A stretch of 33,000 nt of DNA from the NCBI GenBank assembly GCA_013265495.1, contig MU060486.1, positions 93,001-126,000 of the forward strand, given 5' to 3'. The first letter of the stretch is position 1, and each line of letters opens with the position of its first letter. The notes beneath the pieces are model-generated. The model saw nothing but the letters and a program-made list of their open reading frames with translations. It was not told where the DNA came from and ran no database searches. The stretch is from Vicugna vicugna. Taxonomy: Eukaryota. The position numbers and the translations under genes were made by a program. Shown piece after piece: positions 1 to 11,411 of the stretch.

Positions 1-240
1 CATGGAAGGGGCGGGCCCAGGAATACAGAAAGCGGTCTGGCCAAAGGGGCTGGGGAGACCTAGCACTGCCTCCTACCCTGCGTAGAGGCTGCAGGACTCT
101 GTGCCCCCAGGCCCCCGTCCCACAACCTGGCTCAGGAGTCAGCCCAGCAGGCCCAAGAAGGAGCGGGTCCATCCCCACCAGGCTTCCCAGAATCTCCCCT
201 GACACCAAGCGGACGTTATGTCATCCATTTCTCTCCGCAG

Positions 241-1445
241 GATGCTGGGTTTGGTAGAAGAAGAAACCGTGTGGGTTGAGAAACCCAGTCCCATTCCGCC
301 CACCCTCGCCACTGGCTCCTTGAGGGAGATCAGAGGCCTCCCTGTGTCTCTGCTCTACGCTCCCACCCTCGGGTGATGGCTGCTGCCTGTCCTCTCTCCC
401 CATCCCCCCACCCCCGGAGGGGCCCTGGATCTACCGCAGGTCCTTCGCAGCTGTCCCTCCCCCTAAGCCTTCTGCCAGAGCAGCAGGACCCAAACCCGTT
501 GTGCGAGGACCTTCCCAAGAGCCAGGACTGGGGTCCACTGAGCAGAGCCTGGGGGCCAGGACTGCCTTCGGGAACCTGTGCCACCTCACCTTAGCCCACG
601 GCCAGGCACACAGCTGAGGCGCTGCGTGTCGAGGATGGAGGAGATGGCGGGGGGACCCTCTCCAGCAGAACCTGCCCTGTCAGGGAGGCGGGGCTCTGTC
701 TCCGTGGCAAATTATCATCTCCGAGCCACGCTTCTCTCTAGAGTTGGGATCAAAGGACATGGACAGAAATCGTCAGGATGAGCACAGTCAGTCGGACAGC
801 ACAGCTCTGCTGAGCTGGAGTTTTGGGGGTTTGGTTTTGTTTTCTTTTCTCCTTGCTGAGATGTTTGGTAGAACAGCTGCGGGCACAGTCAGCGCCTTCC
901 ACCAAGAAGTCGGGAGGGGACGGCGGAGCCTCCTGTCCAAAGTGCCCCAAGCCACCAAACTGGTGTTGGGCCCAGCACCCAGACCTCAGTCTTTGGAGGG
1001 GTCCCCAGCGGGTCACTGGTCCCAGGATTGCTCAGGCACTTTGGTGGCTCCTGGAATCCTGTCTCCAGGGTCCACACGGGCCGGTGGGCAGACGGCCCAC
1101 AGACCTTGACTCTGCTCCTGCAGGGTGACGGCCTATGTGCAAGTCCTACCTCCTGCGAGGGAGCCTCGTGAAAGCACCCCGACTGGGACGCAGCTGGACG
1201 CCAGCCATAGCACCAACCCCCAGATGCAGGCAAGGGCCGCATCAGAATCCCATTGCCTTGGCTTCTTCCCCTGTGAATAGGGGCGGCTCCAGAAGGGGCT
1301 TCTCCCACCAGGGTGAGAAAGGGACCAAGCACCTGCCTCTCTCCAACAGCCTCTGTCAGGCAGGCAGTGCTGAACGAGAATGTCAGTAATGATGTTACCC
1401 GTACATATACTGCCGCCAATAAAGTGTTTCCTATTCAGAAAGCAA
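241..1445 (+). other. Putative 3'-terminal exon (mostly 3'UTR) of an unidentified upstream gene
   Basis: Branch-like CTGAC (199-203), pyrimidine tract and CAG acceptor (TCATCCATTTCTCTCCGCAG|G, 240/241). A U-rich UTR-like stretch lies at ~821-860 and AATAAA at 1418. Any coding tail would be short: phase 0 DAGFGRRRNRVG*, phase 1 (G/R)CWVW*, phase 2 a 44-codon run. No upstream exon is visible, so the frame is unresolved. End coordinate is approximate. Confidence 0.45.
1418..1423 (+). terminator. Polyadenylation signal AATAAA (proximal)
   Basis: Canonical hexamer in the AT-richer context GCCAATAAAGTGTTTCCTATTCAG, typical of an mRNA 3' end. Confidence 0.6.
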
Positions 1446-1560
1446 CTGTTACGTGCACGGCACTCTGCGCCGCACGAAATAAAGCACAACGCAGCCAACC
1501 CTATGACCTACGGCTCAGTCAAGCTCACAGCGCAGGTGCGCTCACTCACGCCCGCCCTCA
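1445..1560 (-). mobile_element. Highly diverged, CpG-rich MIR-like remnant
   Basis: TACGTGCACGGCACTCTGC and CAACCCTATGACCTACGG resemble the reverse-complement MIR segments TATGTGCCAGGCACTGTGC and CAACCCTATGAGGTAGG. Confidence 0.3.
1478..1483 (+). terminator. Possible second poly(A) signal AATAAA
   Basis: Canonical hexamer 60 nt after the first, with no clear GU-rich downstream element. Confidence 0.3.
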
Positions 1561-3059
1561 GCGTCCATCGCACCATCACCGTCAGGCCCTGGCGCTGAGC
1601 CGGGCACCTCCGGACACGCTGAGACAAGCCAGATGCTGTTTCTAGCCTTGCAAGGAATTCCTTCTGTGAATAGCAGTGGGTTGCGAGTCACAAAAAGCCA
1701 CAGAGGAAGCTGGGACCGGGGGACTTTGCAGCTGGGCCTGGGAGTGCGCAGTGGGGTTCTGCAGGTGGAAAGGGACGGTCGCCTTCAGAGTAGACAGAAC
1801 AACACTACACGCTGCGGGGGCGGGGGAGCCACACACAGCATGAACAACTGACTGTAAAGAGCAGAACGTGATCAGTGTCACGTGAGTGCTTCTGACAGTG
1901 AACGCCAGACAAGTCAGAGAAAGAGGTCTGCTGGGATCTGAGCGGTCAGGTAAGGGTTCTTACGAGACCCTGCACAAAGAGGTGGCTTTCCTGCGGTGAG
2001 CGGCAGGAGAGAGGGGCCCTCCCCCAACACGGAGGATGAGGTCAGAAGGACCAAACTGCGGGATGTCTGCAGCCCCTGGCCACAGAGCTGGGAGAGGCCT
2101 TCTAGGAGGTGAGGGGTCCGAGGGAGGGGCTGGGGGAGTGGAGAGGTTCCCACCAGAAGTGGGCCTGGGGCTGCTGGGGTGCAGGGAAGGAAGGACCCGC
2201 CGCTCCATCCCCAGCCGGCTCCTGGCCCAGCCCGCAGCCCTGCCGTCCTCCAGCCTCACCCACACAGCATGCAGACGCTCCTGCTCCTCGTCCGAGAGAG
2301 GCTTTTCTACCAAAACAACATGGAAATGTTGCGGTCCCCTGGGCACAGTCCACCTTCTCTGATCGGGGATGGGGGCGGAGTGGTCCCTCTTCTTCCGTGC
2401 CGCTCCAGCACTTTCCTAACCAGCGAAGCCTGTGGAGCCACGATGACCATCTCTGCGCCGGGTGCTGCTGCAGCCAACAGCCCGGACGGCGCACCGAGGA
2501 CTGGCCAGCGGTTACCAGGGGCCCGGGAGGAGAGAGCCCAGCCAGACCTGGGCCCAGCTCCACAAACAGAGTGGGCAGGGGGGTCCCGCCAGCCCTGCCA
2601 ACACTTCCTCCTGGTCTGTCTTACAGACTTCTACGCCGTTGGTGTCGTGTTGGACGCAGTCTTGTGTCCTCACTTCTCCTAGCCCTCCCCGAGTTCTGCT
2701 TGCAACACGCTTCTCTTTCTGATCATTATCATTCGGGTGTCCAGCTAAGATGGAATTTCTTCTGGAAGATTTCCCTGAGGCCCCTCTCAGGGAATGGACT
2801 CTCCTAGCAGCCACCTGGTCCTAGACCTCTTCCACCAGCGTCCTCATCAGCAGTGGCAGGACCTCCAGGTTGGGCGAGGGCCCCAGGGGCAGGAGCGGTG
2901 CTGTTTTGACAGCTGTGTCCAGCGTAGTCCCTGGGCGTGTTAGTTCTTCACCCCATGCTTGCTGGACAGGCAGATGGATGGAGTCACATTTATGGTCCCA
3001 TAACGTTTCACTGTAAGGACTTGCTGACTGAACAACTCTCAGTCGCTTGTTAACTCCTC

Positions 3060-3210
3060 TGTGACCTTGTCTCCCACTAAAGGTAAGTTCCACAAAGTGC
3101 AGAAACCGTGCACTGTCTGCTACCAATGAGACCCCGGCATCGGAGACGGATTTAGAACACAGCGCATCTGGATATTCACGGAGCCAGTGGCGTGACGAAT
3201 GAATGAACAT
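3060..3210 (+). mobile_element. L2 LINE 3' end
   Basis: CTCCCACTAAAGGTAAGTTCCACAAAGTGCAGAAACCG...GAATGAATGAA follows the L2 3'-end pattern (CTCCCCACTAGACTGTAAGCTCC...GAATGAATGAA). Confidence 0.6.
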
Positions 3211-3324
3211 TTGGTCGTGATTATAAACAACACTGTGCATGAATCTCAGACGCGAAGGAGAACTATTGGACTAGACCGTCCTAATGTGTGCAGCAGCCTC
3301 TAGGTGAAGTAACCGTTCGTCACT

Positions 3325-4185
3325 GGTGACTCCCCATCAGTAAGTGCCAGTATGTCCTCAACTCACGGGAGCCCAACAAACCCTAACCCTAACCCTAACC
3401 CTCTTCTTCCAAAATCTTTTCTCCCTTGGTAGGTGAAATAGTATCTCTTTCTTGCTCATTAGCATTTGATGTCGAGGGAGAATTAACATTTCTGATGCAT
3501 TTTCTTAGTCATTGATATTTCAAACTGCCCAGTTACGATCTTTGCCTATTTCCCTATTGAGTTTTAGGGATTTTTAGCCGATACTGGCACAATTTACTCT
3601 GTTTTTGAAAGCTCTTTTTCCTTTATATCTGCCTTTTTGTAGTAGAATCCTTTTGACATATAGGGTTTCTTGATGTAATCAAATCCATAATTACTTATTT
3701 CACAGGCACTTTTATGCCTTGAATACCTTTTTACTGAGAGGTAAGGACTGACTTAAATTTTCGTCTCATTTCAACATGGTTAGATTTTTTCCCCCACAAA
3801 CACGTACCCTTTTTGATACACAGTATAAAGTGAGGTTGTAAACTGCTTATTTTCCCAGCAGTATCTACTGCCTCCCCTTCTCCCTCCCACACTGAGACCC
3901 CCAACCTCCCATGTTATGTGAGGTCCCTTGTTGGGTCCCCCTGAGCTGTAAATAACCACTGCGTTGTATTCTTGGTAATATATCATACGTTCTAATAGCC
4001 AGGGAGACAGACCTCCCTCCCTCGTTCAACTTCTGTCATAATTCTTAGCTATTCATCTGTATGCTTTTTCCAATGAACTTAAAAAATATTTTGTCATCTT
4101 CCATTCCCCCTGGAAAATCAGTTTGATTGTAGAAAAATTGAACCTCTGAGTTTATGTGGGAAGAACTGGCATCGTTACGATGCCC
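3325..4185 (-). mobile_element. Old L1 (L1M-type) fragment, antisense
   Basis: AT-rich block with segments matching antisense L1: GGTAGGTGAAATAGTATCTC, CTTTGCCTATTTCCCTATTG, GTTTGATTGTAGAAAAATTGAACCTCTGAGTTTATGTGGGAAGAACTGGCATC. Boundaries are approximate. Confidence 0.7.
3379..3402 (-). repeat. Short interstitial telomeric sequence, (AACCCT)4 = (AGGGTT)4 on the minus strand
   Basis: Four perfect vertebrate telomere hexamers read directly from the sequence. Confidence 0.9.
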
Positions 4186-6607
4186 ACTTTTCTCCGGCCC
4201 CTTTCTTCCCGAGGCCCCCCCGTGAGTGTGGGGCGCTCTGTCTGGGGGCTGTGGGGGCCAGCGTGGGGGCTGCAGGTGTCTGGCAGGGCCCCTCCCTGGA
4301 GCAGAGCTCTGCCCACTGGCTCTAATGCGGCCTCCATACAGCAGTTACTGAGCTAACTTACAGCCCAAGTGAACATTTTGATCTGAAATAGTTTGGTAAA
4401 TGGGGCCAAAATGAAGGTGAGAAACAGGATGTAGAAAGTAGCAACATCATAGCATAATCACCTGAAAAAGAACCAGTGAACGTGAGCCCTACCCCCGCCC
4501 GCTCGCTTACCCCCTCCCTGGGGCCTGGGTCTTTGCCTCTCTGACGTGGCTAGGTTGGACTACATAGTCCTGGAAGTCCTTGTGTTCTCCGAGTCACCAG
4601 GCCAACTTGCGAAGTGCTGTGCCTACATTTGCTCACTGATTAGAAAACCTGGAAGGTCCTGTCCATGGCCCCCAACCCCAGTTTCAGGGAACTCAATTTA
4701 ACCCGGGCCTGACACACCTACAGGGCACGGGCCAGCCCAGGCCATCTGCCCCGGGGCTGAAGCAGGGCAGGGCGACAGTGACTGAGGGCCCCCCACTGGC
4801 CACTCTGGGGTCTGCTGCTCTAGCCAGTCTCCTCTCCTCCTCAGCCAGTCACGTGGGAGCAGCGCAAGGGCCCAGGAGGTTCTGGGAGGGGCGGGCAGTG
4901 GGCTGAGTGTGCTGAGTGCCATGGACAGAGTCCAAGCCCCAGTGACCACCAGTGACTGCTAGGGGAAGGGCCATCCCCAGTCCTGGAGGGTGCAGAAATG
5001 CACTCTGATTCTCAGACACCCACCCACCCACACGGACAAGTGGGCCCACCCAGTGTGGCTCTGGCCCAAATAAATAACAGCTGTCCCCCTCCACCCCCCG
5101 CCCCCGGCTCGACTGGACAAGCCTGAGGGAGTGGCTTACTGTCTGAACCAAAGAGGCACGACTGACAAGCCCAGCCCTGCCCCAGGGCCAGAGAAATGGG
5201 CATCACAGGAAGGGGAAAGGGCGCTAGCCTCAGGGTCTTCACGGTAAATGGGGCATTTTTAATTACCTGAGTCGGCGTAGGTGCAGGGCCCCAGACATGG
5301 AGGAAATCAGCAATGCTACTTCCTTCCTTTCCTTTCCTAGCCCAGAAGCAGAGAGAAACTAGAAAGAGATCCAGTCAAAAAAGCGATTTAAATCTCAGCC
5401 CCCACCTAACAGGGTCCTGGTCCCCCAGCGGAGCTAGAAAGCCAGCAGAGCCCGGCTGCGGCCAGTACCGCAGGCGGCTCCCAAGGGGGCATCTCACAGG
5501 AGGAGGGATGAAGGGGCTGGGATGTGCGATGCCACCTCCCCCAAGGAGCCAGTGGCTCGGACACCCACCCCTGCCATCCACAGCTGGGCGTCCGTGAGCA
5601 GCTGCCTTCGCCTCCCAACACTCGGTTTCCCCTCCGTTGCTAACTAGCGAGGAAGTGTTCCCTGGAGACTGCACTGATGGGAGGGAGGAGGCACTGAAGG
5701 AGGAGAGCCCAGGGGCTGGGACTCCCTCCCCTCGGCTGGACAGAGAGAACACTGGGTTACTGCCTCTAAGAAACAGCATTCCTTTGTTCAGGATTCTGGT
5801 TTTGGATTATTTCTTCCTAGAGGCTTAATTGGAAAGAAAAATACGATTTCCTTGCATTGTTATTAAAAGCATCAGTTAATCCTGCTGTGAGGAGCTGCAC
5901 TTTACTTGGGAGGGGCGGGGGAGTGGATTGGACCCTGGGCTGGTGTGTCATTGGTGCACAAGCCCTTCAGGCTCCTGGCGTCTTGCCAGGCAGTCCACTG
6001 CCCTGCTGACCTGCCGGGTGCAGGGAGGGCAAGGGGGAAAGTGTCCGTGGCCCCTGCTGACCTCCACCAGCATCCTGGGCGAGCACCAGCCCCGCCTCAC
6101 CCAGCAGGACTGCAGCCAGACAACATCCAGGAAAGGGGACTGTGGTCCTTCCCCCGCGTGGAGTGTGTGAAGTTCCTGCTGCCCTCTCCCAGGGCTGGTG
6201 TGCATACAGCAGGTCCCCTTCTGCAGCTGCCAGACCGTTCTGCACCCACAGCCTGCCAGCCTGAGCTTCTCCTGGCTGCCCCACCTGCCGAGCTCTTAGC
6301 CTACCTCAACTTCCACGGCCTCTGGGACCCGTCTGGCTGGCTTCCCTGCTGCTGAAACCTGCCCCAGGCTGCCCTGCTCTGCCCAGGTGTACCTCACCAC
6401 CCCAGGTGTACTTGGTACCGAGTAAACCCTCAGTTCTGGCACCTGCCCAGCCCCCTTTGAGTGGTATCAAGCCCATTGCCATGACTGATTCACCTGAGAA
6501 GCAAGGGTCTTTATCACCTCGATGCTAAACCGACAATGCTAAACCATTTCACTGCACGATGACTAAGAAGTAACTAAGTTTAGACACAGCCATACGTGCA
6601 AATCGAA

Positions 6608-6722
6608 GATATTAGAGTTAACAGAAATCTGAGACCTGGCTCATGTAGCCCAGCTACCCCATTCCAGCGTTAAAAAGACTCGGGCTCAGGGAAGGGAAGC
6701 AATGCCTAGGGTCACACCGCAC
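6608..6722 (-). mobile_element. MIR SINE fragment
   Basis: AAAAAGACTCGGGCTCAGGGAAGGGAAGCAATGCCTAGGGTCACAC resembles the antisense MIR core. Confidence 0.5.
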
Positions 6723-7494
6723 TCCAACCACTTACAAAGATGAGAAGGGTTCCTCAGGACCCAGTGGGGCAATGGGGATGGTTTAGGTATGTCTGCGTGG
6801 AGGCTGTGGGAGGCGGGGCCAGGGCTCAGCTGTGGGGAATACAGGGGGGATATCTGGCTAATGGGAGCTTCTCTGGCTCCTCCAAGGTCGGTGTTGCTAG
6901 AACATGGGTCCCAAGAGATAAAAGGAAGTTTCTGAAATTCTGTGTCCATGACTGGCCCCCAGCCATCTCTGCGTGTTCCTGTTCCCCAACCCTTTCCCCT
7001 GTGCCTCAACTCAGCTGACCCGAGCTCAGACAGTGTGGCCAAGGCACCCAGAATCAGAGGCCAGAAGTGGGGCCTGCATTCTCAGCACTCACAGTGGGAG
7101 TGTGAGGACGAGACTGGGAGAGCGTGCTCCTCCCACCATGCTGGCTTCCTACCTAACCTGTCTGAGCTGCACCCCAGGAGGTGAGATGACAGAGCACATT
7201 GGATTCAGCCAGAGGAACACCTGTGCTTCTGGTCTTCCTTTCTCTAGGGGCCCAGTGGCTCCGCCGCTCTAACTGGGCTGCAGGACAGAGAAGGGATCCA
7301 AAGCCTACACAGCAGGAGGACCCAGCTCCCTGTGCAGCGCACGCTGAGGAGCTGAATGACGCGTAATTCAGTTAAAGGAGAAGGAAGCAAACCTCATCAC
7401 AACAACTGAAAACATAAACACAACAAATAAACAGCTGCTTTGAGTCGGCAACAAGGAGGCCAATTGGATCTCTGCAGAAAGAAAAATGCCGTCT

Positions 7495-7539
7495 TGTGTG
7501 TGTGCGCACACGTGTGTGTGTGCGTGTGTGTGTGTGTGT
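7495..7539. repeat. Compound (TG)n/(CG)/(CA) microsatellite, 45 bp of perfect purine-pyrimidine alternation
   Basis: TGTGTGTGTGCGCACACGTGTGTGTGTGCGTGTGTGTGTGTGTGT. Confidence 0.9.
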
Positions 7540-7687
7540 CTTGGGAGGGGCAACTCCTTCAAGAAGCTGCAGCTGCAAGCAGCTTGGAGCACAACGTTAA
7601 CCAAGTTCCTGAACAACCTGCCAGGTTAGAACTGCACCTCACAGTGCATAGAGGAGGGGCCCGAGCTGCAGGACGAGCAGGCTGCAC

Positions 7688-7840
7688 CCCCACATGCCAC
7701 AACCATGCACACGTCCCCCCACCCATGTGCACACACGTGCCCAACCATGCACATGTGCCCCACCACACACCCACACACACACGTCCCCACCACACACACA
7801 CCCCCACCAAGTACATGCACACAAAGACACGTACACACAC
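7688..7840. repeat. Degenerate CA-rich simple repeat
   Basis: CACACA, CATGCAC and CCCCACC units throughout. Confidence 0.7.
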
Positions 7841-9559
7841 TCTGCTGTCCAACCCAGGCTGCAGGGGAAATATCTGGAGCCTGCCTGAGAGCGAAAGTCC
7901 TCAGTTGAAAATGCAGTCCCTCTCAGTGTGTAGCAAGCAGACACCTGTCACAGCACACGGAGCAGCAATCTAAAATAAGGATTCCTGGGTCCTCTCTCGA
8001 ATGAGCAGATCAGCCTCTCCTGCGGTCCTGGGAGTCTGTCCTCACAGCCGCCTCGGTGGCTCTCTGGCCCGAGAAGCTGAGGACGGACTCAGTGACACAT
8101 CATCTCTGAAAGCATCCCGTAGCCGTGGCTGCAGATACTTCTGCAGAATGGAAACAAGCCCACAAACCACCACAGCTTAAAACTGCAGCTGCCCGTGCTC
8201 ACAGGTCAGCAGGCCCAGCTCCAGGCTGCAGCAGCGGGAGCAGGGGTCCCCCCGCAGGGGGCCCAGGCTGCAGGGCGGCAGCGCATCTCGCTGCCAGGGC
8301 AAAGGTGGAAGGACGCGGCCCCCTGGGACCCCCCCCCCGCAACATCCAACGTAAGTACCACAGGCCCAGAGTGAAGACTGGGCCACACACAAGCCCACAC
8401 GAGGCTGTGGGCTCAGGGAGGGGGAGCCAGACCAAGGGGCCAGGCCATCCTTAGTTTCTCATTTCTCCATGCACAAAAGAGCCTCAATTCTCAGTGACCC
8501 TAAGTGGGTTCCCACTCCTGTCCCCTGGAACCACAGTAAGGACTGACCGCCTCATAAGGAGAAGCTGATGAGTCCGGCGGTGGTTCCTACGCTGTGTGGG
8601 GTGCTATGTTCCTTAGCTCACGCGGGCGTCCAGAAAGGTGGGCAGAGGTGGGCCAGATGGCCTCTCGTCCAACAGCTTCTGTCCTGGGGCTGGTCTGGGG
8701 GCTGCCTCTGCTTATTCACCTCCTCAGCCTGCCTCTCCCAGCACAGTGAGGGACAAGCCCCAAGTCCTCCCGCTGGAGAGAGTGTGTCCCAACTCCTCCG
8801 TGCCCAGCCCCCAGAGCCTCTCCTGTCGCAGCTGCTCCACATGCTGCGACCCACCCCTGCTCACGTGGGGCTGCAGACCCTGTGGGTCCCGGCTGGCCAG
8901 CAGTCACGTCACTGCAGGGAGTCCACAGCTCCCGCACGTCAGATAAAGGACTGGTCCTCAGCCCCGGGAAGGACAGGAAGTGATCGGAGGTGTCTCTGCC
9001 CCTGTACACCAGCCCTGCCAGGCCAGTGGATGGATCACGGCTGCACATCACCGAGCTTGCCTGCAGGCTTTCGGAGATGCTGGCCTCATGCCCCTGAAGC
9101 GGGGAGGGCAGCCTCTCTCGCAGAAGAGCCCTCGGCGTCTGGACTATGCCCATTTCCCTCCACCCTCCGAACCCAGACAGTGACTCTTCACCCACTTGCC
9201 TCCATGTGCATCCGGGATTCGGTCCTTTGCGTGCTCTGTGGACACGTGGACGTCAGGGCAGGTCTTGCCACCGCCTCGGGTGTGGTCTAAAGCCATTCCC
9301 TGTCCCACCACCCTCCACCCTGACGGTGGGACCCATCAGACCGGAGGTGCCAGAGCTCCTCCCGGGGGCAGTGGGAGGGCGTCAGTGTGCTCATCTCAGC
9401 CTCGGTTGGGGGCAAGGATGACCCGGCTCCTGGCGGGGGCTTCTCCTCAGTCTCACCCAGAACACCAGGAGCCTTTTCAGTCTCTAGACTCAAGGGTTCT
9501 GACAAACCAAGACAAATCTCCTGTATTGTTCCTTTATGTATCGTGCCTCCATCTGTCCT

Positions 9560-10920
9560 TTTTCTCCTGGAACCCTACCATCTACATGTGATGTCTCCGG
9601 AACCTGTCCTCTGAATATCTTATTTCTTTTCTCTTCGTAATCCCCCAGCACTTTATTTTCGCTCCACATTTGAGATATTTCTTCCACCTGCTCTCTGAAG
9701 CCACCGTTTTACTTCTCAGGAATTGCCACCTGTTCTTCACTTCGGCTCCTGGATTTGCCTACTCGGAACACGTGACTTTCAGCCCTAGAAGGTCCCCCGC
9801 TGGGCGCTCCAGGCTGGAGCTGGGCGTGGCTCCTGGTGTCCTGCTCCGGGCATTCTGCTGGGCCTCATCCTTACATGCTGCCCCATGCCTATCTCGTGGG
9901 CACTTCAAGCTGCTGGCGTCCCTTGAGCCCTGCGAACTCCTGTGAGCCCTGGGGGTGAGCTGTCGGCCCCACCACAGCTCCAGGAGGGAGGCTCTCCGCT
10001 TCCACCCCAGGCCAGGGGGCGGGCGAGCAGGCAGCCTTCCCTCAGCCACAGGGATGGGCAAGGGCTCAGGCCAGCCCGACCGCCCCCGGATCTGGGGAGA
10101 CCCAAGACACCCGACAGCCACCTCAGGCCCTCCCTGAAATACCTAATATTCGTCTCAAACTTTATGCCAAAATAGAACTCTGAGTGTTTCCTGAGAAATC
10201 CGACTCTCCCTGTGTTCCCCTGTTTCTCTGAGACACAGATGGAGGCACAGACTTAGTTCCTCAGTCTCCCTCACCTTGTGCACCCAGGACCCATAAGTCT
10301 AAGTTCTAATTACATCTCCACCACACATTCCTATCAAGGTATCTTTCTTACGTCTACAGTAATCAGGTTTTCTTTATTGCCTGTACAGGCCTAGATTTTG
10401 ACTTCCTGCTTCTGATTTTTTATTCAGGTGTTCTGTTCAAAACATGCAGTAAGCGCCTGCCAGGCCTGAGCTGGTTTGGAAAGTGATGGTGAGCACGTCA
10501 TGGTCCCCACCCTCAGGACGCAACCTGTAAGCAGGTGGGGAAACACATCAGCAAAGCGGTGCGGTGGGGGGAGTCCTGTGCACGGTGGGTGGTGCAGTGG
10601 GCAGAGTCCCACAGCGGGCAGAGTCCTGCACCAGCGGACCTGCAGGGCCCAGGAAGGACGGCTGTCCATTTTCTCCAACACTTCAGTATCCAGTCCTCTC
10701 TTCCCTCCACTGTCAGCACCTTCCCCCACTCAAGGTAGCCCGAAGGCCTCGCTCCTTCCGTGGGCACGTCCCTCCTCCCCGCATCCCTGCCTCCTTCCCT
10801 CACAAACACCTCTCCAGCCCCGTCCATCTCTCCCTAGCAGGACCCACTATATCCCACTGCCCTTAACCCCCTGCAGTGCCAGTGAGAGGCCCACACCTTC
10901 CCCTTCTCTCTGTCCCTTCT
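9560..10920 (+). mobile_element. Fragmented L2 LINE remnants
   Basis: Best match is CGTCTCAAACTTTATGCCAAAATAGAACTCTGAGTG (~10151-10186) against L2 CACCTCAAACTCAACATGTCCAAAACTGAACTC. Flanks are pyrimidine-rich and L2-like, but continuity is uncertain. Confidence 0.45.
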
Positions 10921-10979
10921 CTCATTCGCTCTTCTGACTTCCGGCACTTGAAGGAGGCAAAGCTAAAGAGGAAAATGCC

Positions 10980-11105
10980 AGCTCAGCCCAGCTCTTCCCA
11001 GCTCCACCGGCCTTGTGATTTCAGCAAATCTTTGGTCCTTCGTGGACCTCATTTCCCCCATTTACAAGATGAAAAAACATTAGGCAAGGTCACTTTTGAA
11101 GGAGG
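10980..11105 (+). mobile_element. MIR SINE
   Basis: TTGTGATTTCAGCAAATC...CCTCATTTCCCCCATTTACAAGATG matches the MIR core. Confidence 0.65.
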
Positions 11106-11249
11106 TCTCCCCCAGGCTCGACAATGTACGAATTCATAAGCCTGTTTGCTGTGAGTTTATGGAATGTAGCAAGTTTGTCTTGGTGGAAGGAGATCAAGAG
11201 ATGGACGTGCCGCTGCCTTCAAACCCCAACGTGGGCCCGGGAGCCCTCA

Positions 11250-11411
11250 CCACGCAAAGAGAGCCTTGTGGGCCCAGGGCTTCAGCACCACCGTAGAACC
11301 TTTTAGAAACACAGGACCCAGGGCCTTCTGGATCAGCACCTCCACTTTAATCAGATTCTAATCAGAACCAGGAGATCCCTAAGTTAGAACTTTAAAGCTT
11401 GAGAGGCACTG
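11250..11411. mobile_element. MER5-like hAT-Charlie DNA transposon remnant
   Basis: CAGCACCACCGTAGAACCTTTTAGAAACAC and the terminal CTTTAAAGCTTGAGAGGCACTG resemble MER5A (CAGCATCACCTGGGAACTTGTTAGAAATGC; CTAAAGTTTGAGAACCACTG). Confidence 0.6.

Noticed and set aside
2316-2331. CAACAT-GGAA-ATGTTG hairpin with a GNRA loop
   Set aside because: A 6-bp stem is expected by chance, and there is no larger structure.
2109-2807. 232-aa and 167-aa + strand ORFs
   Set aside because: No recognisable protein features, 3' part overlaps L2-like sequence, and no coherent splice structure.
8205-8356. Possible internal exon ending at AAC|GTAAGT (8350/8351)
   Set aside because: Weak pyrimidine tract at the acceptor, 146 nt is not frame-preserving, and no frame is recognisable.
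8565-8595. CTGATGAGTCCG, matching the start of a hammerhead ribozyme core (CTGATGA also at 19005, 24414 and 24660)
   Set aside because: None is followed by a closing stem II plus GAAA, so the catalytic core cannot form.
8568-9290. 240-aa ORF with a mildly hydrophobic N-terminus
   Set aside because: Composition is typical of translated non-coding GC-rich DNA, with no promoter, splice or domain support.
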